IMG/VR virus record: IMGVR_UViG_3300035502_000495
Length of the DNA: 64,000 nucleotides
From: a virus
Lineage: Duplodnaviria > Heunggongvirae > Uroviricota > Caudoviricetes
Reading direction: 5' to 3' (one strand)
A program made the position numbers and the translations under genes. Of the stretch, positions 1 through 10,006 are shown one piece after another. The notes beneath the pieces were generated by a model. It did no database searches. It was not told the DNA's origin and worked only from the letters and a program-made list of their open reading frames with translations. Position 1 is the stretch's first letter; each line of letters starts with the position of its first letter.

Positions 1-253
1 CCTTGCCCTCTTCTATAATCTTCTTTAAAGCTGTAAATGTAGCGTTCTTTCCGCCATTCTTTGTAGTTTCAGTTACATATGTAAAATGTACTTGAATAAC
101 ATTAAGTCCCTCTTCATCAACAGCAATATCTATATTACCATTAATAAATTCTTTTCCAAAATTAGCAGACTGCTGATTTTGAACTGTCTTTATCGCTAAT
201 TCATGCTGATAAACTCTACCTTCAATATGTTCTTGATTTAATGCTTTCCTCAT
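1..253 (-). CDS. hypothetical protein, N-terminal part only (gene runs off window start)
   Basis: ATG at 253 preceded by AGGAGA RBS on minus strand; reading frame open to position 1. Confidence 0.45.
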   Translation of the reverse strand, partial: MRKALNQEHIEGRVYQHELAIKTVQNQQSANFGKEFINGNIDIAVDEEGLNVIQVHFTYVTETTKNGGKNATFTALKKIIEEGK

Positions 254-331
254 GCTTTATTATCTCCTTATTATTTTACTATTTCTTTTATTTATCTTAT
301 ACTAAAATTATATCAAAATTTTTAAATAATG

Positions 332-703
332 TCAATTTAAATCTTTACTTTTGCCTTTATCAGTAATTGAATAAGCTACTGGGTCTGAACCTATCTTTTC
401 AACAAAACCTTCTGTTACTAACTTTTTCATTGAACCTGACACTGAACGAGAAGATACAAACAATCCTTCTCCAATTTCTTTAGATTTAAATATATTATTA
501 TATTTCTCATAATTATTCTGCATAAAAGCAAGAATTTTTATTCCATTTTCAGTTAATTCTACTTTATCTTTTGTTTTATTATTTTTTAATTCATCAAAAT
601 ATTCTAATGCCATTTTAGTAGTTTCATCTTTACTTATCTCTGTAATATCAAGAGGATTAAGCAATTCTTCTACCATTTTAATAAACGCTTCTTTTTTTGT
701 CAT
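332..703 (-). CDS. winged-helix (MarR-like) DNA-binding protein
   Basis: 123 aa; C-terminal helix-turn-helix/wing pattern (GLFVSSRSVSGSMKKLVTEGFVEK); first minus-strand gene after the window-edge partial CDS. Confidence 0.4.
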   Translation of the reverse strand: MTKKEAFIKMVEELLNPLDITEISKDETTKMALEYFDELKNNKTKDKVELTENGIKILAFMQNNYEKYNNIFKSKEIGEGLFVSSRSVSGSMKKLVTEGFVEKIGSDPVAYSITDKGKSKDLN

Positions 704-785
704 TTATTTTAATCTTCCTTTAATATAATTATTTTATTTATTTATTTATTTTATAATTATATTATATAATAATTTAATTAATAAA

Positions 786-1661
786 TCAATTATTATTTAT
801 AAACAATAGCTCATTGGCATAAGGAAGAGTTTTTGCATATTCTATAAATTGATGCCATTCTGTAAGTTTATGTCCTTCACGCTGTTTGCATATAGATAAA
901 ATATTTTCATAGTTCATTGTTACTGTGCGGGTTTGTAGCCAAGATTCTGGTAGCCAACGAATTAATTCTTTCCAATATCTTTTATCTTTTGTTTTAAGAT
1001 ACCTTTGTCTTAAACTTTCTAAAAAATCAATCATATCAGAAAGAAAAGTATCTCCATCATCAAAACTATAAATATAATTATTTGCATCATATCCACTTAA
1101 TGTTTCTGTTAATTGATTATCAATTTCATAAATACTATTAATATCATCAGTTTCAAAACAATCAATAGTAATAGGAGTTGAAGCTAGCTTATGCATGGTA
1201 GAAGTAGAATTGCGTACAGTTCCAATGAGGTAGGTATCAAATTCTTTCCACCAATATATCGGAGCCGTAATATCAACAGATAAAAAAATTTGACGCAAAA
1301 ATTTACGATGCTCTGAACCAGCTTTTATTAACCTTTGAGCTAAATCTAAATCATTTGGACCAAGAAAAGCAACTTCATAATAATCATCTATATCATTTCT
1401 ATATAATAATCCATTCATCATAAACCATTTATCATATTTATTTTCAAGTTCAATTCTTTCATCTTCATGCTCTCCAAAATGTTCGCCATAATATTCAGGC
1501 TTTTCTTTTTCTGCCCATACAGCTGCCATATCATAATCAATATCTGAATCTACATCAACTATTCCAAAATAACTATCACTTTTATTCCAACTTTCAAGAG
1601 GATTCCTCATTCCTCTAAAAGCCCCTTCAAAATTCATAACTCTACCATTCTTAAATTCCAT
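786..1661 (-). CDS. ThyX-like (flavin-dependent thymidylate synthase fold) protein with divergent active-site motif
   Basis: Segment ITAPIYWWKEFDTYLIGT aligns with ThyX HVKAPIFVARQWFRHRIAS but RHR is replaced by DTY; N-terminal AFRGMRNP resembles ThyX AARVS region. Confidence 0.35.
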   Translation of the reverse strand: MEFKNGRVMNFEGAFRGMRNPLESWNKSDSYFGIVDVDSDIDYDMAAVWAEKEKPEYYGEHFGEHEDERIELENKYDKWFMMNGLLYRNDIDDYYEVAFLGPNDLDLAQRLIKAGSEHRKFLRQIFLSVDITAPIYWWKEFDTYLIGTVRNSTSTMHKLASTPITIDCFETDDINSIYEIDNQLTETLSGYDANNYIYSFDDGDTFLSDMIDFLESLRQRYLKTKDKRYWKELIRWLPESWLQTRTVTMNYENILSICKQREGHKLTEWHQFIEYAKTLPYANELLFINNN

Positions 1662-1662
1662 T

Positions 1663-2373
1663 CTATTCTCCCCTTTCGTTTTTCTTATTCAATTCTTCTG
1701 CAAGATTGGAAACAAAATTTTCTAAATTAGTGTTTTTATTAACTCTATATAATAAAATGTTATTATTTTTACAATACTCATTTTTTAAATTATCTATATA
1801 TACTAATCTTTCATAGTCTTCTTTGGTCATTTTCCAGTTATTGTCAAATTGAAAATGTTGACGACCATCATATTCAACTAAACAAAAAATATTATTTAGA
1901 TTATCATAAATTACAAAATCAAAACGAACTTTGTAATTTTTATCAGTCTTTAAATCAGAAAAAGAAAATTGTGTACTATAAAAAATATCATATTTATTAA
2001 ATAAATATTTTAATTGTGTTTCTCCCCATGAGTTCGTGCAACCACACCCTAAAGATTTTCCAGAAGTTAAATTGCCTCTAAAAACGTCTTTCTCTTCTCC
2101 GCATTTGCACTTACAATGCCAATAATTTGATTTATTAGCTTTATATAAAACTGTCCAATTTCCAAACTGACGCCCAGTTAAATTATCTTTGATGCCAGTT
2201 TTTCTTTTATTAGAAGCAGCGCAACTTCTACATTTTTGATATAAATTATCGCTTCGTACACTTCTTATACTTTTACATATTTGACATTCGCAGACCCAAT
2301 ATTCTCGTTTCTTAGAAAAATCTCTTTCTATAATTTTATTAGTCCCAAAAATGTCTCCATTCTTTAAATTCAT
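1663..2373 (-). CDS. Zn-ribbon plus Vsr/DUF559-like PD-(D/E)xK endonuclease domain protein (homing-endonuclease-like)
   Basis: Repeated CxxC/CxC zinc-ribbon motifs then FDFVIYD...LVEYDGRQHF nuclease motif; ORF track start 2454 overlaps upstream gene, internal Met at 2373 avoids overlap. Confidence 0.4.
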   Translation of the reverse strand: MNLKNGDIFGTNKIIERDFSKKREYWVCECQICKSIRSVRSDNLYQKCRSCAASNKRKTGIKDNLTGRQFGNWTVLYKANKSNYWHCKCKCGEEKDVFRGNLTSGKSLGCGCTNSWGETQLKYLFNKYDIFYSTQFSFSDLKTDKNYKVRFDFVIYDNLNNIFCLVEYDGRQHFQFDNNWKMTKEDYERLVYIDNLKNEYCKNNNILLYRVNKNTNLENFVSNLAEELNKKNERGE

Positions 2374-2374
2374 T

Positions 2375-3346
2375 TTATTTTCCCACCCCATGGTTAGAAT
2401 TATATCCAAAATTATAGGAATCATAAAGCTCAATATAATATTTTTCTTTTTCATTTAATAAATCTCGCGGGCATTCTTCCAAAAGCTCCCAAGAGAAAGA
2501 CCATAAACCATATTCTTGCATAGCTTGATATAATTTATTATTTGCGGGAGTGTCGATTCCAAGTCCGCATTTCGCGTGTTCCGCCCATCTAGTTGCAATA
2601 TCAGACGCTTGACCGATGTAACATTCTCCAGTTTCTATATTTGTAATTTTATAAATACCAGTTATTGTTTTAGTTCCAAGTATATTTGCTGATAATGCTT
2701 TTAAAGGTTTTTGGAACCAAGTTTGCCATATTAACATACTAAGCACACGAGGCTTGTTCAAAGTCTTTTTAACCTGCTCCAGCCGTGTTATATCAGTTTT
2801 ATCTATATCAGAAATTTGTAGACAATAGAAAGCTAAATCATTTTGAATTTCTTTTTCTCTTACTCTTGCTTGAATACTTGCGGCAAGTGTATCTTTAAGT
2901 TTTTGAAGTTCTTGATTAGTTTTATTAAATTCTATATTTAAAGTTTCTATTTTTTTCTTATATGCGGTTTCCGCATTTTGATATTGTAATTCTAGATTTT
3001 CAAAATATTTATTACTTGCATAATCAGTATTTTGTCTATAAATTTTTAATTGTTCAGAAATTTGATTTTTTTCATTTTCATATAATTCTTCAATTTTTTC
3101 TTTTTCTTTTGTAATATCTTCTAATAACTTTGTTTTCTCATAGGAAAGATTTAATATTTCTTGTTGTATTTTTTCTTTTTCTTTTATTTCATTATCTTTA
3201 TTTACTTTAATATTATGAGCTTTATTCATAACATTATAGCTGATAATAATAAAAATAATACCAATAATAAGAACTACTAAACTTAACATTTCTAAAAAGG
3301 TTATTTTAAGCACCTCCATATAAGAAAAATGGATTAAGTTTATCAC
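2375..3346 (-). CDS. GIY-YIG nuclease domain protein with N-terminal transmembrane segment and coiled coil
   Basis: C-terminal GIYKITNIETGECYIGQASDIATRWAEH...YNFGYNSNHG matches GIY-YIG motif; N-terminal hydrophobic helix and long K/E-rich coiled coil. Confidence 0.55.
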   Translation of the reverse strand: MINLIHFSYMEVLKITFLEMLSLVVLIIGIIFIIISYNVMNKAHNIKVNKDNEIKEKEKIQQEILNLSYEKTKLLEDITKEKEKIEELYENEKNQISEQLKIYRQNTDYASNKYFENLELQYQNAETAYKKKIETLNIEFNKTNQELQKLKDTLAASIQARVREKEIQNDLAFYCLQISDIDKTDITRLEQVKKTLNKPRVLSMLIWQTWFQKPLKALSANILGTKTITGIYKITNIETGECYIGQASDIATRWAEHAKCGLGIDTPANNKLYQAMQEYGLWSFSWELLEECPRDLLNEKEKYYIELYDSYNFGYNSNHGVGK

Positions 3347-3370
3347 TTAATCCATTTAAATTGTCATTAT

Positions 3371-3640
3371 TTATTCCTCTGTTTGAGCATCAGGGTTAAA
3401 TGCGAGTCCCTTTTCGGTCAAACGGATTAGCTTTACTGGCTTATGAGTTCCGTCTGGAAGCTCTACTTCTGCAGGAATACGTTCCATAAGCTCTTTCTTC
3501 TGAAATGCTGATGTTACAATTCCATTTACCTGTTTTGTCTCTAATCCTGTTGCTTCAGCAATATCTGCTGCTGTAATATTCTGACCATTAACGCTCTTTA
3601 CGTAATTAAAAACCTTGAGGCTATTTTCCTTTAATGCCAT
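3371..3640 (-). CDS. small DNA-binding (wHTH-like) protein
   Basis: 89 aa; ITAADIAEATGLETKQVNGIV helix-turn-helix-like segment; C-terminal similarity to ORFs 46388..46768 and 63119..63517. Confidence 0.35.
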   Translation of the reverse strand: MALKENSLKVFNYVKSVNGQNITAADIAEATGLETKQVNGIVTSAFQKKELMERIPAEVELPDGTHKPVKLIRLTEKGLAFNPDAQTEE

Positions 3641-3705
3641 TATTTTATCTCCTTTAACTTCTTATAAATTATTTTATTTAATATTATTATATCAAAAAAT
3701 TTTTA

Positions 3706-3894
3706 TTATGTCAATAATTTTTTCTTTATGATATAACTATCTACTTTAATTGCATCCTCTAAAGAGAGAGAGTCCATAATATCTTTAATTTTCTTTCTAT
3801 TCTCTTGAACATTTTTGCCCAATTGCAATTCTTTTTCTAAGTCCACTAACTTATTAGCTATTATTTTTATATATTTATTTCTTTTATCTTTCAT
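3706..3894 (-). CDS. hypothetical protein
   Basis: 62-aa ORF directly downstream of a conserved promoter motif copy (3896-3925). Confidence 0.3.
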   Translation of the reverse strand: MKDKRNKYIKIIANKLVDLEKELQLGKNVQENRKKIKDIMDSLSLEDAIKVDSYIIKKKLLT

Positions 3895-3925
3895 ATAAAT
3901 ATTGTATCAAAAATTTTTAAAAAAA

Positions 3926-5035
3926 TCAAAAGATAGATTTAATCGTGCAATCTTTGATGTCTTTATCCTCCCTCATATATTTAAAAAAGCCATGTCTAAT
4001 AGTATGTTCAGTTTTAGATTTTTCCATACATTGAATTGCACATACCTGATTTAAATATTTATCTGGATTCTCTGACATATCTTGTTTCATTTCATCAGAT
4101 ATACCAGAATGAATTATTCCTATATCTTTAAGTTCTTCATTTTCATCATATGCTCCAATGTGAATACGAGAATTATGCCAATTTAAATAATAAGGTTTTG
4201 TTACTGGAATAACAGATTCTTCTCTATAATGAAAATCAATAGGCAAACGAGTTTCTTCTTCATTATCTTTAATCCAATATTGCCATAATTCAATTTCTTT
4301 TCCATAATATTCTTTAGTAGGCTCTTCAAATCCTATAATCACTGCGTCAGCAAAATCAACTTTTTTAGCTTTAAGATTACTATCAGGACGTTTTCCAGGC
4401 TCATATATTCCGTCTTTCTTTTTAATAACCATGCCTTCTTCACCTGCGGCAAGTGCATTTCCTACTCTCTCATAAAGATTATCATACCAGGCTTCCGCCA
4501 ACTCTAAAAAATCATATTGGTCTAAATTATGAAGTTTAAATATTTTTTCTAATATTTTATATCTTAATTCATTTCCAACTTTATTGGCTATCAAATCCAC
4601 TCCTTCATACATTAAAATATCATGGATATAATAATGAATTTTACCCCAGCCACTTTTCTGACGCAAGATTGCTTTATCTGGTAAACATCCCATAATTTCA
4701 GTTACATTCTTTGAACTCCCGCCTGGATAGTATATTTCACCTACTAAAATTGTATCTACTGGTAAACAATCAAGAGCTTCTGCGATATGAGGAACATTGG
4801 CTATTTTTTCTGCTTGTAAACCTGTCTTTTTACTTGAACTACGAGAAAATAAATATGAATTATTTTGATGTTTTTCAAACTGATACCAATATCCATCTTT
4901 CTTTAATTCTCCAAAATAATTTCCACTTTCACAAGCAGATTGGAGTTGACTATCAGTAGATTTATGAATTAGCATAGCTTCATACATTATCGCCTCTGGA
5001 TATAATTCTTGAATTTTGTTTTTATCAAATGCCAT
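3926..5035 (-). CDS. ATP-dependent DNA ligase
   Basis: Motif I ELKKDGYWY (KxDG adenylation lysine), motif IV/V EGMVIKKKDGIYEPGKRP, motif VI LKAKK. Confidence 0.75.
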   Translation of the reverse strand: MAFDKNKIQELYPEAIMYEAMLIHKSTDSQLQSACESGNYFGELKKDGYWYQFEKHQNNSYLFSRSSSKKTGLQAEKIANVPHIAEALDCLPVDTILVGEIYYPGGSSKNVTEIMGCLPDKAILRQKSGWGKIHYYIHDILMYEGVDLIANKVGNELRYKILEKIFKLHNLDQYDFLELAEAWYDNLYERVGNALAAGEEGMVIKKKDGIYEPGKRPDSNLKAKKVDFADAVIIGFEEPTKEYYGKEIELWQYWIKDNEEETRLPIDFHYREESVIPVTKPYYLNWHNSRIHIGAYDENEELKDIGIIHSGISDEMKQDMSENPDKYLNQVCAIQCMEKSKTEHTIRHGFFKYMREDKDIKDCTIKSIF

Positions 5036-5063
5036 TTTATTCTCCTTTAAGTCTGCGGCAGCT

Positions 5064-7403
5064 CTATAGCTTAACCGCAGATATTACATTACTTTTAACC
5101 ATTATATTTCCCATACTAATTCTATTTAATAAAGGAATTTCAGTAGCTTTAATACATATTGAATTAGGTTTTCCTACTAAAAGAATATTATCTTCATCAT
5201 TTATCATTAAAGCTCCTGCTATATTACCTGTAACGCCACTAGGTTTATAAACCATAACTCCTTTACCGCCTCGTTGTTGAAGAGGAAATTCTTCTAATGA
5301 ACATTTTTTAGCATAACCTTTTTCAGTAAAGATAGCTAAATAATCTGTATCCTTATGAATAGGTAAACCAATTAATACTTCATCAGTATCATTAAGTTTA
5401 ATAGACTTAACTCCTGCGGTTACTCGACCAATAGCTGCTATCTCATTGGTTGTAAAATGAATAGACATACCTTCCTTAGTCACAACTATAATTTCTTCAT
5501 CTGCAATAAAAGTTACATTAGCTAAAGCGTCGCCTTCTTTAATATTGATAGCTGCAATTCCCGTACTTCTTTTTACTTTTGTATATTCATCTAATGAAGT
5601 CTTTTTGATAAGACCTCTCTTAGTAAAGAATACTACATATTTAGCACTAGTTTGATGTTGTAGAGAGGTTGCCGCCACTATTTTTTCATCTGGTTCAATA
5701 TTAATAAGATTTCTTACATTTATTCCTTTTGATGAATTAGTTCCAACAGGCACATTATCTATTAATAATTTATACATTTTACCTTTTGAAGTAAATAATA
5801 ATAAGTTATCAATAGTATTTGTAGAAATAGAAGTTAAAATAGCCTCATCTTCATTTTTAACCCCCTTGCCGCCTCTTCTTTGAGTCTTAAATGAAGTTTT
5901 AGGAATACGCTTTATATCACCAGTTTGGGTAAGAATAACAACTACATCTTCTGGGATAACTTCCGCAATTTCTTTTTCTTCTTTTGGAACTTCAATTTGT
6001 GCAAGTTCTGTTCTTCTAGCATCACCATATTTATTTACAAGAGATTGAAGTCTTTCTCTTAAAATACTTTCTTTTCTTGATTGACTTGCAATAATTTCAT
6101 TTAAATCAGTTATTTTATTTTCCAGTTCATTCTTCTCTTGATTTAATTCAACTTTCTCTAATTTAGCTAAACTACTTAATCTCATAGCTAAAATTGCTTT
6201 AGCTTGATTTTCAGTAAAATGATATTTTATCATTAAATATTCTTTAGCCATTGCCGCGCTTTCAGATTTCTTTATTAAAGCTATAATATTATCTATATCT
6301 TCAAGAGCCTTAATTAAGCCATTTACTATTTCCAATCTATCTGTAGCTTTTTTTAAATCAAATTCAGCTTCTTTTTGTATGCAATTAATATTATGTTCAA
6401 TATATATTTTAATACAATCAATTAAATTTAATTCAACTGGTGTTTTATCAATTAAAGCTACTTGATTGTATGAAATTGAAGTTTGAAGATTAGTTTTACT
6501 ATAAAGTTTCATAGCTATAGAATCAAGATTTACGCCTTTCTCACATTCTATAACAATTCTAATTCCTTTTTTATTACTTTCATCACGAATTTCAGATATA
6601 CCTTCAATCTCTTTTGCATCACAAACTTTACTTATTTCATCTAATAATCCTTCAATAGTAGTGCCATAAGGAATTTCATAGAATACTATATTCTGCTTTT
6701 CAGTTTTATATTTTCCTCTAATTTTTACACTTCCATGCCCAGTTTTCATAATCTCAGGAATATCATTTTTATTTATTATAATTCCGCCAGTTGGAAAATC
6801 AGGACCTGCTAAAGTAACCTCTTTTCCATCTATATAATCATATATAGCTTGAGCAACTTCATTTAAATTATGCGGCAACCAATTACAAGCCATTGCTACT
6901 CCGATACCTGTATTTGGATTACAAAGAAGATTAGGAAAAGTTGCGGGAAGAGTTACAGGCTCATCAAGGGTTTCATCAAAATTAACTGTAAAATCAACAT
7001 TTCTCTTTTTAATTCCAGCTAACATTCCATCTTCCGCAAGTTTAGATAATCTTGCCTCTGTATATCGCATTGCGGCAGCCCCATCACCTGATATATTTCC
7101 ATTACTTCCATGCCAATCTATAAGCGGATAACGCATAACCCAATTCTGAGATAATCTAGTCATTGCGCCATATATACTTGAGTCTCCATGAGGATGATAT
7201 TTACCCATTACATCTCCAACAATTCTAGCAGCTTTTACATGAGGTTTAGAAAATAATCTTCCTTCTTCAAATGCAGACCATAAAATTCTCTTTGCTACTG
7301 GCTTTAATCCAGATTTTGCATCTGGAATAGCTCGGTCCGTGTTGACAGCAACCGCGTATTCAATAAAGTTTGTACCAAGCTCTTGTTTAACATCATTCTT
7401 CAT
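5064..7403 (-). CDS. type II DNA topoisomerase subunit A (GyrA/ParC-like)
   Basis: 779 aa; N-terminal [34 protein letters not shown] and HPHGD motif typical of GyrA; C-terminal beta-pinwheel-like repeats. Confidence 0.85.
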   Translation of the reverse strand: [779 protein letters not shown]

Positions 7404-9291
7404 TATAAGTAGCCTCCTTACTATGCTCTTTAATATAGGCTTTACGTGCTGTCACACCATTTCCCATTAATTGTTCAAAAAGAATATTTGTTGCATCTAC
7501 ATCTTCTACAGTAATTTGTTTAATAATGCGTTGGTCTGGCTTCGTTAGAGTTTCTTCCGTCTCTTCAACGCTCATCTCACCGAGGCCCTTCATACGATTA
7601 ACCAAATATTTTTTACCTTGATTAGCTTTTCTAAACTCTTCAAGCGCTTCATCATTTTTAAGATATTTATATTCTTTTCCTATTGTAATTTTATAAAGAG
7701 GTGGAACACCTGCATAAACATATCCATCTATAATAAGTTCTGGGCAAAAATTCCATATAAATGTATAGAATAGATTCTTAATATGGGCGCCATCTACGTC
7801 TCCATCACTCATGATTATAATTTTCCCATACCGCAAATCTTCTTTATCATATGTAACTTTCATAGTTTTAGGGTCAATATGTAATCCAAAAGCATCAATC
7901 ATTGTCATAATTTCAGCGTTTTTTTGTATCTGTGCAAGACTAGCTTTTTGGGTATTCAATATTTTACCTCTTACTGGCATTACAGCTTGATATTTATTAT
8001 CACGAGCCATCTTTAAGTTTCCTGAGGCTGAATCACCTTCCACTATATATATCTCACAACTTAATCTATCTTTCGAATAGCAATCTGCAAGTTTACTATC
8101 AAATTTTAAAACTTTCTCTTTCTTTTTCTTTTCTTTATCTCTAACAGCTTCTCTAGCTTTCTTTGCGGCTTCCCTCGCTTTGCGAGCATTAATCGACTTA
8201 TCCGCAACTTCTTTTATTTCTTTCTCATTAGCCGCAAACCAAACTTGAAGATTTTCTACAAGAGCTTGTATAAATGGTTTTGTATCAATACGAGTTACTC
8301 TGCTCTTTACCTGAGCATCATAAGCTACGCTAGGAGCTGTCATATTAAATACTATATACATCCCCTCTTGAATATCATCACCAGTTAAATTTTCATCTTT
8401 TTCTTTAAGCCATTTCTTCTCTCTAAAAAATTTATTAAATTCTCTAGTTAAAGCTGTTTTTAATTGAGTTATATGTGGACCAGATTCAGTTAAACCTGTA
8501 TTTACATATGGAACAATAGTAGAAGAATAATTTGATGTATATGTTAATACCATATCCATTTTATTCTTACCATCGACAAAATTCATACTAAAACGATTTT
8601 TAATAATTTCTTTATCTTTTGTTGCTTCATCTACTAAATCATTTAATCCATTTTCTGAATAGAAATCTGTAATTTCTTTATTATAATCAAGATGAATAGT
8701 TAGACCTGGGCATAGACATACGATTGTTTTAAACAAAGATTTAATTTTACTAATATCCACCTCTGTATGTGTAAAAAATTCTTCGCTAGGTTTCCAAGTA
8801 ACAACTGTACCATTTTCTTTTGACCAAGGACCAGTAACTCTATTTGCAAAAACACCTTCTTCAAAAATAATCTTTTCATATTGATTACCTCTGTGTGTTT
8901 CAACTATTAACCAATGACTTAAAAAAGTAGTAATTTTACTACCAATACCAAATGAACCTAATGAAGTTCCTTCATATGTGCCATCTTCTCTATACTTACC
9001 AGATGTATTTAATACACTAAATGCTGCTTCAAGAATAGTTTTACCATCTTCTCTAAATGAATTAGGAATGAAGCCTTGTCCATAATCTTGAACTGTAATT
9101 TCATCTTTATCTATTGTCACATCTATTTTATTTCCATTACCTAGTCTAAATTCATCAACAGCATTAGAAACTATTTCAACTAATAATTGTGTAGAATATG
9201 TTGTATCTCCTGCATATACACCAGGTCGAAGTCTTGTAAATTCAAGAGGCGATAAACTTTCAATACTATCTTCGTTATATAACTTTGACAT
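7393..9291 (-). CDS. type II DNA topoisomerase subunit B (ATPase + Toprim)
   Basis: GHKL ATPase N-terminus; Toprim IYIVEGDSASGN; PLRGKILN motif. Confidence 0.85.
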   Translation of the reverse strand: MSKLYNEDSIESLSPLEFTRLRPGVYAGDTTYSTQLLVEIVSNAVDEFRLGNGNKIDVTIDKDEITVQDYGQGFIPNSFREDGKTILEAAFSVLNTSGKYREDGTYEGTSLGSFGIGSKITTFLSHWLIVETHRGNQYEKIIFEEGVFANRVTGPWSKENGTVVTWKPSEEFFTHTEVDISKIKSLFKTIVCLCPGLTIHLDYNKEITDFYSENGLNDLVDEATKDKEIIKNRFSMNFVDGKNKMDMVLTYTSNYSSTIVPYVNTGLTESGPHITQLKTALTREFNKFFREKKWLKEKDENLTGDDIQEGMYIVFNMTAPSVAYDAQVKSRVTRIDTKPFIQALVENLQVWFAANEKEIKEVADKSINARKAREAAKKAREAVRDKEKKKKEKVLKFDSKLADCYSKDRLSCEIYIVEGDSASGNLKMARDNKYQAVMPVRGKILNTQKASLAQIQKNAEIMTMIDAFGLHIDPKTMKVTYDKEDLRYGKIIIMSDGDVDGAHIKNLFYTFIWNFCPELIIDGYVYAGVPPLYKITIGKEYKYLKNDEALEEFRKANQGKKYLVNRMKGLGEMSVEETEETLTKPDQRIIKQITVEDVDATNILFEQLMGNGVTARKAYIKEHSKEATYNEE

Positions 9292-9348
9292 TCTTACAAT
9301 CCTTTCTTAATTTATTATAATTAATTATATCATACTTTATAAAATTAG

Positions 9349-9846
9349 TCAATTTTTTATATTAATTCTTGTTAAAGTAGTATTATTTATAATTTTGGCA
9401 ATTTTAATTTTATTATTAGTAGCAAGTGCATCTGCAAGCTCATTTTCTAAAATTCCACAATGAGATTTACAATGGATTACTTGACAATTAAAAAAATCTA
9501 TAGTAAGATAATTATAAAGAGATTTAATTAAATCAATATTTTCTATTTGTTTCTTTTTGCTATTTATCCAATTATTTTTTGCCCATGAATATATCCATGA
9601 ATTACATATATTAACACAATATGCTGAATCTGAATATATTAAACAAGTTTCATTTTTAAATTTAGTTTGTGCTAATTCAAAAGCTAAAAGAATAGCTTTT
9701 AATTCAGCTTGATTATTAGTAATAAGAGGCTCTTGAACATTTTCACAATCAATTATTGTTTGAGTTTCTTTATCTTTTACTACAATGGCATAACCACCTG
9801 GACCAGGATTACCTTTACTACTTCCATCAGTATAAATTTCTATCAT
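9349..9846 (-). CDS. ribonuclease H
   Basis: MIEIYTDGSSKGNPGPGGYA... canonical RNase HI N-terminus; conserved D/E/D residues. Confidence 0.8.
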   Translation of the reverse strand: MIEIYTDGSSKGNPGPGGYAIVVKDKETQTIIDCENVQEPLITNNQAELKAILLAFELAQTKFKNETCLIYSDSAYCVNICNSWIYSWAKNNWINSKKKQIENIDLIKSLYNYLTIDFFNCQVIHCKSHCGILENELADALATNNKIKIAKIINNTTLTRINIKN

Positions 9847-9976
9847 TTTTTAAACTGTCCTTTTCTATTTTATAATAATTGAGTAAGCTATTTTTTATTT
9901 CATTTTTATTATAATATAATTTTTGAAGAAAGTCAAGTCCTTTTACTAAAAATTAGTTAAAATAAATAAAAAAAAT

Positions 9977-10003
9977 AAGTGAGTAGCAAAATGCTACTCA
10001 CTT
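9977..10003 (-). terminator. rho-independent terminator after endolysin gene
   Basis: 11-bp stem AAGTGAGTAGC/GCTACTCACTT with 4-nt loop; on minus strand followed by T-run (plus 9960-9976 A-run). Confidence 0.6.
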
Positions 10004-10006
10004 ATA

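Noticed and set aside
4711-5250. Antisense or embedded ORFs such as 4711-4959, 5029-5250, 8700-8903, 11715-11984, 12596-12805, 13105-13287, 14297-14781, 15490-15699, 16551-16745, 21487-21753, 22045-22230, 28357-28542, 31065-31250, 32649-32885, 33175-33357, 44541-44807, 45976-46164, 47729-48061, 47993-48211, 52581-52907, 58068-58268, 58938-59339
   Set aside because: Each lies inside or antisense to a longer, well-supported CDS with recognisable domains. They are typical AT-rich-genome ORF noise.
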